Below, one piece after another: positions 36,516 through 46,184 of a stretch of 64,000 nt of DNA. Within the stretch, counting starts at the first letter, position 1. Every line of letters starts with the position of its first letter. The stretch is from Nitrospinales bacterium (GTDB lineage Bacteria > Nitrospinota > Nitrospinia > Nitrospinales > VA-1). The stretch is from positions 160,001 to 224,000 of the forward strand of contig CBDCXL010000001.1 of NCBI GenBank assembly GCA_965223795.1. The letters run 5' to 3'. The translations under genes were made by a program, and so were the position numbers. The notes below the pieces were generated by a model. That model saw only the letters and a program-made list of their open reading frames with translations. It made no database searches and was not told where the DNA came from.

Positions 36516-37790
36516 ATGAGCGATCCGAATCTCATTCTGGTGGGGGTGAACCACAAGGCGACGCCGGTGGAAATCCGCGAGCGTCTGGCGTTCTCGCAGA
36601 CGGAGATCGAAGCCTCGCTGGAACGGCTGCTCGGCCATCCGGAGATCATCGAGAACATCATCCTCTCCACCTGCAACCGCGTGGAGATCTACGCCCGTGT
36701 CCGCAACGCCGGAGAGGGCGTGAATCTGCTCAAGGCCTTCATCTGCGAATACCACAACATCTCGCTCACGGATCTCGACAAGTATTTTTACAGCTACCGC
36801 GACGAGCAGGCGGTGGAGCACCTGTTCCGCGTGTCGTCCAGCCTCGATTCGATGGTGCTGGGCGAGGCGCAGATCCTGGGGCAGGTGAAGGACGCCTACA
36901 GCACCGCGCGGGCGCTGCAGTCCACGGGCATGGTGCTCAACCAGCTTTTCGAAAAGGCGTTCAACGTCGCCAAGAAGGTGCGCGAGGAAACCGGCATCGC
37001 CGAGCGCGGCGTGTCCATCAGCAGCGCCGCGGTGGAGCTGGCGCGCAAGATCTTCGAGGACCTGGAAAACCATTCCGTCATGCTGGTCGGCACCGGCGAG
37101 ATGGCGGAGCTGGCGGCCAAGCACCTCATCTCCTACGGGGTCAAGACCGTCTACGTGGCCAGCCGCACCTACGAACGGGCAGAGGCGATGGCCCGCGGCC
37201 TCAACGGCAGCGCGCTGAGCTTCGACATGTTCAAGGAAGAGATGCACCGCGCCGACATCGTCATCACCTCGACGGCGGCGCCCACCTTCATCATCAAAAA
37301 GGAGATGGTGGAGCAGGCCATTCACAAGCGCAAGAACAAGCCGATCTTCTTCATCGACATCGCGGTGCCGCGCGACATCGAGCCGGAAGTCAACGACCTG
37401 GAAAACGTCTACCTGTACGACATCGACGATCTGCAGACGGTGGTCGCGGCGAACATGAAGGAGCGTGAGAAGGAAGCCGAAAACGCGATGGAGATCATCC
37501 AGAACGAAGTCACCAAGTTCAACAACTGGGTCGTCTCGCGTGACGCGGTGCCCACCATCGTCGAGATGCGCAAGCGGGCGGACGCCATCCGCCAGCGCGA
37601 GGTGGAAAAGACGCTCAAGAAAATGCCGCACCTCTCGAAAGAGGACGTCCAGTCTCTGGAGGTCATGACCCAGTCGATCATCGAAAAAGTACTGCACAAA
37701 CCCACCATCAACCTCAAGAAACAGACCCAGTCCCAGGAAGGGCACGTCTATCTGAAAGCGATCCGGCACCTGTTTCACCTGGACGACTGA
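36516..37790 (+). CDS. hemA: Glutamyl-tRNA reductase
   Basis: GVNHK, STCNRVEIY, LDSMVLGEAQILGQ, GTGEM, DIAVPRDI; start MSDPN at 36516. Confidence 0.96.
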   Translation: MSDPNLILVGVNHKATPVEIRERLAFSQTEIEASLERLLGHPEIIENIILSTCNRVEIYARVRNAGEGVNLLKAFICEYHNISLTDLDKYFYSYRDEQAVEHLFRVSSSLDSMVLGEAQILGQVKDAYSTARALQSTGMVLNQLFEKAFNVAKKVREETGIAERGVSISSAAVELARKIFEDLENHSVMLVGTGEMAELAAKHLISYGVKTVYVASRTYERAEAMARGLNGSALSFDMFKEEMHRADIVITSTAAPTFIIKKEMVEQAIHKRKNKPIFFIDIAVPRDIEPEVNDLENVYLYDIDDLQTVVAANMKEREKEAENAMEIIQNEVTKFNNWVVSRDAVPTIVEMRKRADAIRQREVEKTLKKMPHLSKEDVQSLEVMTQSIIEKVLHKPTINLKKQTQSQEGHVYLKAIRHLFHLDD

Positions 37791-38723
37791 ATGGCTTCAC
37801 GCAAACTCACCATCGGAAGCCGGGGCAGCGCCCTGGCGTTGTGGCAGGCGAACTGGATCCGCTCGCAGCTTCTGGAACTGCACGACGATCTCGACGTGGA
37901 GATCAAGGTCATCAAGACTTCGGGCGACAAGATCCAGAATGTGCCGCTCACCCAAATCGGCGGCAAGGGCCTGTTCGTCAAGGAAATCGAGGAGGCGCTG
38001 ATGGCCAGGGAGGTGGATCTCGCGGTGCACAGCATGAAGGACGTGCCGATGAAGCTGCCGTACGAGCTGCACATCTCCATCATCACCGAGCGGGAAACTC
38101 CCTACGACGCGCTGGTCTCCAAAAACGGCGTGCCTCTGGATGATTTGCCCAAAGGGGCGAAGGTGGGCACGGGCAGCCTCAGGCGCTCCTCGCAGCTGGC
38201 GCAGTACCGGCCGGATCTGGAAATCGTCGGGCTGCGCGGCAACATCGACACCCGGCTCAAGAAGCTCGAAACCGAAGGGCTGGACGCGATCATCCTCGCT
38301 GCGGCGGGGCTCAAGCGCATGGGCTGGGAGGATAAAATCACCGAAATCATCCCCCCTGACGTGATCCTGCCGGCGATGGGGCAGGGCGCGGTCGGCATCG
38401 AAACGCGCAAACGCGATCCGGACGTGCACGGCCTGCTGTACGATCTGGATCACGAGGACACGCACTGGGCGCTGGACGCCGAACGGGCGTTCGTCGGTCT
38501 GCTGGAAGGGGGCTGCCAGGTGCCTATAGGGGCGCACGCCACCCTGGACGAAAATGGGACCCTGACGGTGCGCGGGCTGGTCGCGAGCCTGGACGGCAAG
38601 ACCGTGTACAAGTGGGACAAACAGGGCCCCGCCACCGACGCCAGTAAACTGGGCCGCGAACTGGGCCAGGACCTGCTCAAAATGGGCGCGGACAAGATCC
38701 TCAAGGAACTTTACAGCGAATAA
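37791..38723 (+). CDS. hemC: Hydroxymethylbilane synthase (porphobilinogen deaminase)
   Basis: GSRGSALALWQ, GKGLFVKE, VHSMKD, SLRR, RGNIDTRL, GGCQVP. Confidence 0.97.
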   Translation: MASRKLTIGSRGSALALWQANWIRSQLLELHDDLDVEIKVIKTSGDKIQNVPLTQIGGKGLFVKEIEEALMAREVDLAVHSMKDVPMKLPYELHISIITERETPYDALVSKNGVPLDDLPKGAKVGTGSLRRSSQLAQYRPDLEIVGLRGNIDTRLKKLETEGLDAIILAAAGLKRMGWEDKITEIIPPDVILPAMGQGAVGIETRKRDPDVHGLLYDLDHEDTHWALDAERAFVGLLEGGCQVPIGAHATLDENGTLTVRGLVASLDGKTVYKWDKQGPATDASKLGRELGQDLLKMGADKILKELYSE

Positions 38724-38890
38724 GCTAACCCTCCCGCTTTCAATCCCTTGATTCTCTCCCCGCAACCATCGCATCGCCGGTGTGAAAATCCTTCCTTGTA
38801 AATCTTCGCCATAGCGTTATATTTAAAGTGTGACCTTCCGCAACACGAACGGCGGTTCCCATCCACAAACCATCTCACCTGAGGGATAGC

Positions 38891-39652
38891 ATGAGCGCCA
38901 AACGGATATTTCAAATTGCCATATTGGGGTTTGCCTTGTTGACGGCCGGACTGACGGCGAACGTCCGGGCGGACGCCCCGGATATTTTTCCGCACGCGGT
39001 CTGGAACAAGGGCGCCCCCGCCGAGGAGGTTCCCGCGAAGCCGGTAGACGAACCGGTCGAGGAGCCGGTGGACAAGACGATCGTGTTCGAAAGGCAGGAC
39101 CCGTTCAACTACGATCTGGACCCCGAAGATGAGATCGAACTGCACGACTCCTATGCCTACCAGACCGGCGATCTGCCTGCGCGCTTCCTGCTGAATCTCT
39201 GGCAGGTCCCCGATTTCCGCGAAGCGATCCTCGATCCCGGCATCGAGGCGTATCTCAAGCAGCTCATCGACTCCGGCGCGCTCAGCGCCGACGATCCGGC
39301 GCTCCAGGGCATCGAGGCGCAGCTGCGCGGCGGCTTTTTCCGCCCGGACCCGAACGAAGAGCTGGTTCTGTTCCCGGTGAACACGCTGCAGACCGGCGAC
39401 ATCCCGGAACGGTTTCTGGTCGAGCTGGGTCCGTTGATCAGTGCCCGTGCGTTCGTGCTCGATCCCGGCATCGACGCCACGCTGAACCGGCTGATCGCCA
39501 CGGGAGCCATCGATGTGAACAATCAGGACGTGGCGGGTGCGCTGCTGAGCATCGAAAGCCGGCTGCGCGGCGGGCTGCTGGGACGCAGCGGCGGACCGGG
39601 GTTCAGCGCCGGTGGTGTGTTCGGACGGGGACTCGGCCTCCTGGGCCGGTGA
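38891..39652 (+). CDS. Exported hypothetical protein with two internal repeats of about 75 aa
   Basis: Signal peptide; QTGDLPARFL..LDPGI..LRGG and QTGDIPERFL..LDPGI..LRGG. Confidence 0.75.
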   Translation: MSAKRIFQIAILGFALLTAGLTANVRADAPDIFPHAVWNKGAPAEEVPAKPVDEPVEEPVDKTIVFERQDPFNYDLDPEDEIELHDSYAYQTGDLPARFLLNLWQVPDFREAILDPGIEAYLKQLIDSGALSADDPALQGIEAQLRGGFFRPDPNEELVLFPVNTLQTGDIPERFLVELGPLISARAFVLDPGIDATLNRLIATGAIDVNNQDVAGALLSIESRLRGGLLGRSGGPGFSAGGVFGRGLGLLGR

Positions 39653-39717
39653 AGAGAAAAAATCTAAATTTCGAGTAAAGATTTAAACGCTTAGAAGTGT
39701 AAAAAAATTATTCTAGA

Positions 39718-40058
39718 TCACATTATCGACTGAAAATAATCCGAACGTTCTTCTCCTGCCCACTTTGTAAAAATTCTTCCAACTTCTTTGGCGGGCACAG
39801 AGATGTAATCACTCCATGCTTTTTCTTCACCATGAGGATAGCCCAATAAATTGTTCAAAGAATTATTGATGGCCAATTTAACCTTCACTTCAGAATCATC
39901 AATTCTTGGCCAAGATCGGACCATTTTTGATAAATCACTTCTTTCAAGACTGAATAAAGTATGAAACTCCCAGTCGGGGAAAAAGGGTCCTTCCGATGCA
40001 GCTTCGACGCATTCAAAGATAACTTTCTTTCTTGTTCAGTTAAGTCTTTCAGTGGCAT
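39718..40058 (-). pseudogene. AT-rich hypothetical gene with a frameshift near its 5' end
   Basis: MPLKDLTEQERK continues as VIFECVEAASEGPFFPDWEFHTLF...AINNSLNNLLGYPHG only after a -1 shift near 40024. Confidence 0.6.
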
Positions 40059-40132
40059 TGAAGGCAACTCAAGAAGTACGAGAGATTGCGGATTGAATTC
40101 TAGTAGTTTGCTTCATAAGCTCCTCTTTGTTC

Positions 40133-41398
40133 TCACAGCCACACGTTCTTGGAATCCAGCCGTTCGCGGGCCAGCTTCTCCGCTTCCTCGCGGAAGATGA
40201 CGTCCGTGCCTTTCTGCGCCGCCAGCCGGTTGTGGATTTCCTGCACGTTCTTAGAGACGGTGCGGTAGATGAGATCGTCCAGGTACTGCCGCGCGCCGTT
40301 GCCGTTCACCGCATCCCGGTAGGCGGTGTCTCCGGTCATTTTGAGCTCGACGGCGCAGCCGATCACCCCGCCGACGTTGACGATGAAATCCGACAGGGAC
40401 AGGATGCCACGGCGGTTGTTGAGGTAGTACTCGGTCATCTTGTTGCTCGGCGTGTTCGCGCCCTGCAGCACGATGCGGCACTGGATGCGGTCGGCGTTGC
40501 GGGCGGTGATGGCGTCCGGCCGCGCCGCCGGGATGAGCAGGTCGCAGGGCGCTTCGAGCAGCCAGTCCAGCCGGTCCGGACCCAGCTTTTTCGCCACACG
40601 GCCGGGGTAGCCGTCGAGGCCGGAGGGTTCTTTGCGCACGGCGTTCAGCGCCTCCACGTCCAGACCGTCCGGATTCCACAGAGCGGCGTGGATGTCGGAC
40701 GCGCCGATGAGGGTCGCGCCGGCGTTTATCAGTTTGACGGCGATCCAGGAGCCGACGTTGCCGTAGCCCTGAATCACCACCTTCATGTTTTTGATCTCGC
40801 AAGACGCGTCGAGCGTTTCCAGGGTGCGCGCCGCGGCATACAGGCCCTGCGCGGTGAGGCCCCAGCCGTCGATGGGCACGCCGCCTTTTTCGGGCGGCCG
40901 GCCCGCGCCGCCGCGCAGGTGCACCGGATTCCCCAATTTGCCCGAATAGGCTTCGTAGATCTGCTGGATGTCCGCCTCGTCGGTGCCCATGTCGGGCGCG
41001 GGGATGTAGCGTTCCTCGGCGAACACGGCGTCGGCGTAAAGGCCGATCAGGTCGCGCCGGAGTCCGGGTTCGCGCGCCAGAATTCTCGGATCGACGGCGA
41101 GGCCGGATTTGCCGCCGCCGAAGGGCAGGCAGGCGGCGCTGTTTTTGAGCGTCATGGTGCGGGCCAGGCGGGAGACTTCTTCCAGCGTGACGTTGGGCGC
41201 CATGCGCAGGCCGCCGAGGCCGGGTCCGCGCTGCGTGTTGTCCACCACCACGAAGCCCCAGACTTCGCCGGTATCGGAATCGACGAGGCGGAGCCTCTGT
41301 TCCGGCGGCGGTTCGCTGGAAGCAGAAAACCGCTCGCCCGCGTTTTTCTTGGCGACCGGTTCGGCGTTCAGTTTTCTGGGGAGCTTGAATGGCGTCAC
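40133..41398 (-). CDS. Glu/Leu/Phe/Val dehydrogenase family protein (second paralogue)
   Basis: GPGLGGLR, MTLKN, GGGKS, PAPDMGT, IQGYGNVG, GANTP, NVGGVIG. Confidence 0.88.
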   Translation of the reverse strand: MTPFKLPRKLNAEPVAKKNAGERFSASSEPPPEQRLRLVDSDTGEVWGFVVVDNTQRGPGLGGLRMAPNVTLEEVSRLARTMTLKNSAACLPFGGGKSGLAVDPRILAREPGLRRDLIGLYADAVFAEERYIPAPDMGTDEADIQQIYEAYSGKLGNPVHLRGGAGRPPEKGGVPIDGWGLTAQGLYAAARTLETLDASCEIKNMKVVIQGYGNVGSWIAVKLINAGATLIGASDIHAALWNPDGLDVEALNAVRKEPSGLDGYPGRVAKKLGPDRLDWLLEAPCDLLIPAARPDAITARNADRIQCRIVLQGANTPSNKMTEYYLNNRRGILSLSDFIVNVGGVIGCAVELKMTGDTAYRDAVNGNGARQYLDDLIYRTVSKNVQEIHNRLAAQKGTDVIFREEAEKLARERLDSKNVWL

Positions 41399-41531
41399 AA
41401 CTTTGCGGGATTCAGCGCGTGATTTGTGGCATGATGCGTGAGACAGAAACGGGAAGTGCCTGTTCCCGATCCATGCTGATTATAACAGAGGCGGGTGCAT
41501 CTATCAGCAAATGCCTCCCGCCGGCCCGAAC

Positions 41532-42377
41532 ATGAAATCCATCCCCGCACCAACCACACAACAGATCGATGAACTCATCCGCCGGTGTCTGGAAGAGGAT
41601 CTGGGTTCCGGCGACGTGACCACACGCGGCGTGGTTGCGCAGGATGAAGTCCGCAGCGCCTCGGTGACGGCGAAGCAGGATCTGATCCTGTGCGGCGCCG
41701 CCATTTTCAGGCGGGTGTTCACGCGGCTCGATGCGGAGGCTGCGTTTCCTGAGCCCTGCGCGGAGGACGGGGACGCGGTTGCTGCCGGGAAGGCGTTTCT
41801 GCATGTCTGGGCCAAAACGCGGGCGCTGCTGGAGGGCGAGAGGACGGCGCTCAACATCCTGCAGCGGCTGAGCGGGATCGCCACCCTGACACGCCGGTTC
41901 GTCGAGCAGGCGGCGCCGGTGACGGTGCTCGACACACGCAAGACCACGCCGGGGCTGCGGGTGTTCGAAAAATACGCGGTGCGCTGCGGCGGCGGCACGA
42001 ACCACCGCTTCGGCCTGTACGACGGCATTCTCATCAAGGACAATCACATCCGCGCCGCCGGCAGCGTGCGGGAGGCGGTGGCGCGCCTGCGGAACAGCGG
42101 CAACGGCGCGCTGCCCGTGGAAGTGGAGACCGCCGATCTGGACCAGGTGCGGGAAGCGGTGGACGCAGGAGCGGACATCCTGCTGCTCGACAATATGGAG
42201 GTGGAAACCGTTCGAAAAGCGGTGGAAATCGTGGCGGGCCGGGCGAAAACCGAAGTGTCCGGCTCGATGACGCTCGCGCGTGTGGCGGAAATCGCCGGGA
42301 CGGGCGCCGATTTCGTGTCGGTCGGGGCGCTCACGCATTCCGCGCCCGCGGTGGACATCAGCATGAACATCGAGTGA
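41532..42377 (+). CDS. nadC: Nicotinate-nucleotide diphosphorylase (quinolinate phosphoribosyltransferase)
   Basis: ED..GDVTT, ERTALN, DTRKTTPGLR, NHRFGL, IKDNH, EVE, LLDN, GALTHS. Confidence 0.96.
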   Translation: MKSIPAPTTQQIDELIRRCLEEDLGSGDVTTRGVVAQDEVRSASVTAKQDLILCGAAIFRRVFTRLDAEAAFPEPCAEDGDAVAAGKAFLHVWAKTRALLEGERTALNILQRLSGIATLTRRFVEQAAPVTVLDTRKTTPGLRVFEKYAVRCGGGTNHRFGLYDGILIKDNHIRAAGSVREAVARLRNSGNGALPVEVETADLDQVREAVDAGADILLLDNMEVETVRKAVEIVAGRAKTEVSGSMTLARVAEIAGTGADFVSVGALTHSAPAVDISMNIE

Positions 42378-42443
42378 GCCAGCGATACCCGCTGTCTCGA
42401 TATGCGGTATAATCGGGATATCGCAAACAACCGGGAACCGGCC

Positions 42444-42860
42444 ATGCCCTGTAAAGACAGTTCCTCGCGCGTGATGGTGACCCTCGATGCCGACGAGCGG
42501 CTGCTGGACTTCGATTTTTCCAAGATCACCTGCAGCCAGGAGATCGGCGGGGAGACCGGCTACAAACGGCTCTGCGTGGGAAAATCCATCGAAGAAATCG
42601 CCGGGCTGGAATTCAACGACCTGGTGCGGGAGTTGAAGCTCGACGACCCGGAAGCGCAGTTTTTCCTCTACCTGGAATGGGATGCGCTGAGGACGGCGAT
42701 CGCCCAGTATCAGGGCAAGGAGGAAGAGGTCGATGCGGAGCGTTATCAGGTGGCGTCGATCGCCTGGGAAGACGGCAGAATCGAGATCAGCCAGGTGATC
42801 CGCCCGCCGACGGAAATGCCGAAGATCATCCCCTGCAGCCGGCGCGTTGAGAGTTCTTAG
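42444..42860 (+). CDS. Divergent IscU/NifU_N-like protein
   Basis: PCKD, FSKITC, GKSIEE and LEWDALRTAIAQY align by eye with IscU PACGD, FKTYGC, GKSLDE and LAEDAIKAAIADY. Confidence 0.6.
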   Translation: MPCKDSSSRVMVTLDADERLLDFDFSKITCSQEIGGETGYKRLCVGKSIEEIAGLEFNDLVRELKLDDPEAQFFLYLEWDALRTAIAQYQGKEEEVDAERYQVASIAWEDGRIEISQVIRPPTEMPKIIPCSRRVESS

Positions 42861-42955
42861 GCGATACTTTAAAAATATTCCAGCACACTCTTAAATAAAA
42901 GAAGTCCCCCTTTGACTGGAGCACTGTTAAGTGAGGGGGCATTCAGGAAATAGGA

Positions 42956-42985
42956 ATTCTTTGCGTCCTCTGCGTCTTTGCGGTT
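42956..42985 (-). repeat. ACCGCAAAGACGCAGAGGACGCAAAG repeat module
   Basis: Reverse complement matches 58400-58425 and differs by one base from 817-842. Confidence 0.8.
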
Positions 42986-43047
42986 ACAACAGGTTTTGGT
43001 TTTTCTCGTAATTCTTCCTGATAATTCATCTCCCGTTTTGAGCCCGA

Positions 43048-43470
43048 TCAATCCGGGTAGAGGCGGACGGGGCGCACGTAGCCCTGGGAGAAATCCTGGT
43101 CGAAGCCCTGGGAGAGGCCGCTGGAATAATTGAAATAGAAAGCGGCCTGCTGGTCGAAGGGCAAGCACCAGGAACCGTTGCCGCCGCCCGGCGCGAAGAC
43201 GGGGGCGATGTGCAGCTCCTGGGCCGAGCGGCCCATGACGGTGCTGTCGGGCAGGAACAGTTTCTCGATTTCATCCTTTTCCGGAATGCGCCAGTCGTGC
43301 TGGCCGAGGTAGTCTTTTTTATTGAGTTCGTCCACGAAGGTCAGGGCTTCCTGAAAGGTCAGCCAGTCCTGGGCGATGGCCCAGGAATCCTCTTTGGCCC
43401 AGACCAGACCGGTCTCGTTGTCGGTCACCATTCCGTTTCCGTTGTCCACAAAGCGCGTTTCCTGTATCAT
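43048..43470 (-). CDS. DUF1566 (Lcl C-terminal-like) domain protein
   Basis: RFVDNGNGMVTDNETGLVW...DWRIP..E...VRPVR. Confidence 0.88.
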   Translation of the reverse strand: MIQETRFVDNGNGMVTDNETGLVWAKEDSWAIAQDWLTFQEALTFVDELNKKDYLGQHDWRIPEKDEIEKLFLPDSTVMGRSAQELHIAPVFAPGGGNGSWCLPFDQQAAFYFNYSSGLSQGFDQDFSQGYVRPVRLYPD

Positions 43471-43620
43471 TACAAAACCTTAAAGCCGAGTGGGTGGGTT
43501 TTTCGTCCGGTGGAAGCGCCGCGGGGCGGACCTCCATCTCGCTCAAATCGTTAATAATGAAGGCCATAATTTAACTCAAGCCACAAAGCTTGTGAAGCCC
43601 CAATTTACAGGAAACGCCCG

Positions 43621-44247
43621 ATGCCCTCACTCCGCCTGACGCACCCCCGACCCTGGATCCTGGCCCTGATTGCGGCCTGTTATTTTGCCGCGGCCCCGGC
43701 CGCTCCGGCGGGGGCGGAAACCGGCCTGTCCGCCGCCGTGCTGACACAGGCGGTGGTCGCCGATGCGGTCGAGGATCGGTGCGGCGAAAAGGTGCTGCCG
43801 GCGAAATACTACACCCGCGCCTCGCAGTACGCGCTCATCGGCGCGCTGGCGTTTCTGCTGCTGGCGATTCTGGCGGACAACAAAAAGGTGAAGATCGGCA
43901 TGGGTAGCCTCGCCGTCATCCCGGTGGCGGTGTGGCTGTACGTGCATTTTTTCGTGGATTTCGACAAGGTCAAGCGGATCACGTTCACCTACAACACCGC
44001 CGCCGAGGCCACGCTGGCCAACATCGCCGAAGCGCAGGACCGCTACAAGTCGGAGCACGACACGTTTCTCAGCGATCTCAATAAACTGTATTCGCACACG
44101 GCCGGGGCGGGCGGCATGAACGCCTGCGTCAAGATCGTGTCCATCGAGGCAGAGTGGAACCGCTGGTCGGCGACGGCGCGGCATGTGTCCAGCCCGGAAA
44201 CGGTGACCTGGGACAGCAGCACCGGCAGCTCGCTGAAGAAGGGGTGA
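43621..44247 (+). CDS. Membrane protein with a pilin-like C-terminal domain
   Basis: Signal peptide, two TMs, then YNTAAEATLANIAEAQDRYKSEHDTF, similar to the type IV pilin alpha1-C helix. Confidence 0.55.
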   Translation: MPSLRLTHPRPWILALIAACYFAAAPAAPAGAETGLSAAVLTQAVVADAVEDRCGEKVLPAKYYTRASQYALIGALAFLLLAILADNKKVKIGMGSLAVIPVAVWLYVHFFVDFDKVKRITFTYNTAAEATLANIAEAQDRYKSEHDTFLSDLNKLYSHTAGAGGMNACVKIVSIEAEWNRWSATARHVSSPETVTWDSSTGSSLKKG

Positions 44248-44281
44248 GGGATTGGAGAGATTTTGGCAGGAAGTGCTAAAT

Positions 44282-45133
44282 CTATCTTAGTGAGGCAGGT
44301 GTTTCCGTTTTCAGTGATTTAATAAATGCCTGAAGCTTTTTTCTGTTCTTTTCGTCCGCGTAATCCAGAGGAGTTTTTCCTTTCTTGTCTTTTATATTCG
44401 GGTTGGATCCATTTTTCAGTAGAAATCTTGCCGTTTCCCACACTTTTCTTAACACTGAGTAGTGAAGAGGAATTCTTCCTTCATCGTCACGGAAATTGAT
44501 ATCCGCTCCGTAAGAAAGCAGCATTTTGATTCGAGGGATTTGTTTGAAATGGGCGGCATTGTGTAAAGGGACCGCACCTTTGTTCATGGGAATGTTCGGG
44601 TTGGCTCCTTTGGAGAGTAAGTACTCCGATATTTCATTCGATACGCTATAAGCTAAAGGAGTGTAGCCTTCAAAACCCTGGGCGTTGATATCCGCGCCAT
44701 GATTTATCAAACTTTTTATTAACTTGAATCTTGGCTTTGATTGATAAAGGGCATGATGCAAGGCCATATCACCATGATTGTCTCTGCGGTTCACATCCGC
44801 TCCGTTGGCAAGTAAAAATTCCACAATGAGTTCATCTGCTGGATAAGAAACTTTGGCGGATGTTATTAGTGGACTTTTCCCCCCGCAATAGGACTCATTA
44901 ACATCGGCGCCTTCCTCAACGAGTTTTTTGACCAATTCATACCGCTTGCCTTTATTAGCAAATGTTCGTCCGATCTCATTTCCTAATGGTCCTGGAGGGT
45001 CTGGGCAGGGTTTTACGCTGACAAGGTCATAATTTACCCTTGTAGTCTCAATTTTGGTGCCTAGAATTGGGCTCAAGCAGATCGACAGGAGCGGTAAAAT
45101 TGAAATTGCAAATATTTGAAATAAAAATTTCAT
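44282..45133 (-). CDS. Exported ankyrin repeat protein (AT-rich)
   Basis: Repeated GxxPLH..A...LL..GADIN units; N-terminal signal peptide. Confidence 0.9.
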   Translation of the reverse strand: MKFLFQIFAISILPLLSICLSPILGTKIETTRVNYDLVSVKPCPDPPGPLGNEIGRTFANKGKRYELVKKLVEEGADVNESYCGGKSPLITSAKVSYPADELIVEFLLANGADVNRRDNHGDMALHHALYQSKPRFKLIKSLINHGADINAQGFEGYTPLAYSVSNEISEYLLSKGANPNIPMNKGAVPLHNAAHFKQIPRIKMLLSYGADINFRDDEGRIPLHYSVLRKVWETARFLLKNGSNPNIKDKKGKTPLDYADEKNRKKLQAFIKSLKTETPASLR

Positions 45134-45261
45134 TTTGTGGTTCTAAGTTAGCCTTTATGTAAAGTATTATACCGGAAATTCGAAATTCTGTTTTCCCGCC
45201 GCACAATCGTTGTTAAGATAGACACAGGCCGCGAAAAAACATTCCCCGTATCAAAACTTCC

Positions 45262-45663
45262 GTGGACAATCCTTTCCCAAATACCCGAATTCTCGTCGTC
45301 GACGACGAGAAGAAAGCTCACTCCAACCTAAAGCGCATGCTGGAGCTGAAGCACTTCCGGGTGCTGGTGGCGCAGGACGGCAAGGACGCGCTCGCCAAGG
45401 TGGACGTGTTCGACCCCGAATGCGTGCTGCTGGACATCCGCATGCCCTACATGAACGGCATCGACGTGCTCAAGCTCATCAAGGACAAGCACCCGCACAC
45501 GGAGGTGATCATGGTGACGGCGGTGACCAGCCTCAAGATCGCCGAAGGCTGCATGCAGGACGGGGCGTTCGCGGTGATCGAAAAGCCGGTCAACTTCGTC
45601 TACCTCATGGAAAAGATCACCGCCGCGCTGCAAAAACGCAGAGACCGCGGCGAACCTTCCTGA
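45262..45663 (+). CDS. Single-domain response regulator
   Basis: ILVVDDE, LLDIRMP, MVTA, KP. Confidence 0.92.
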   Translation: MDNPFPNTRILVVDDEKKAHSNLKRMLELKHFRVLVAQDGKDALAKVDVFDPECVLLDIRMPYMNGIDVLKLIKDKHPHTEVIMVTAVTSLKIAEGCMQDGAFAVIEKPVNFVYLMEKITAALQKRRDRGEPS

Positions 45664-45738
45664 TCGTTTTCAATAAAAGATAAATAAAACTAGTGGCGGG
45701 CGTTTCGCCTAGATGGGATGACTAGCTTATCGTGCCGG

Positions 45739-46116
45739 TCAGAGGCGGTTCCGGGTGCGGCGCAGGATCTCGAGCAGGGCGTCTTTGGGGGCGTCCGCCT
45801 GGGCGGTGTGAATGGACAGCCGGGTCTGTGATGCGGCCAGCGGTTCCAGGATCAGCAGCATCTTGCGGCCGGGGGCCGCCGCCAGGATTTTCTTCCCGGA
45901 GCGGATGCTGTCTTCCTGCTCCACCTGCACGTTCAGGGTGTGCAATGCCTCACGGGCGGCGGCGTGGACCTCCAGCATCGAATGGTTGAGCGTGGTGTTC
46001 ACTCTCGCGGACGGGTTGTTTTCGCTTTCCCAGTTCCCCGCTCCGACGGCCAGGGCCATGCAGCCTGCGATCAGAGGCAGAAACAGAAAACTGAGGCCTT
46101 TTTGAATGTCACTCAT
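45739..46116 (-). CDS. Putative lipoprotein (DUF3568-like)
   Basis: Lipobox LIAGC; A..AL..L pattern and TRLSI near the C terminus. Confidence 0.55.
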   Translation of the reverse strand: MSDIQKGLSFLFLPLIAGCMALAVGAGNWESENNPSARVNTTLNHSMLEVHAAAREALHTLNVQVEQEDSIRSGKKILAAAPGRKMLLILEPLAASQTRLSIHTAQADAPKDALLEILRRTRNRL

Positions 46117-46167
46117 GATCGGGAGTTCCTGAAACGCGTGGTGTTATCCTAAGTGGTTGATATTAAA

Positions 46168-46184
46168 TGCAAACGGGATGCCAA
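46168..46184 (-). promoter_or_regulatory. Sigma-54 -24/-12 promoter
   Basis: Minus strand TTGGCATCCCGTTTGCA, about 50 bp upstream of the 46116 start. Confidence 0.7.
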
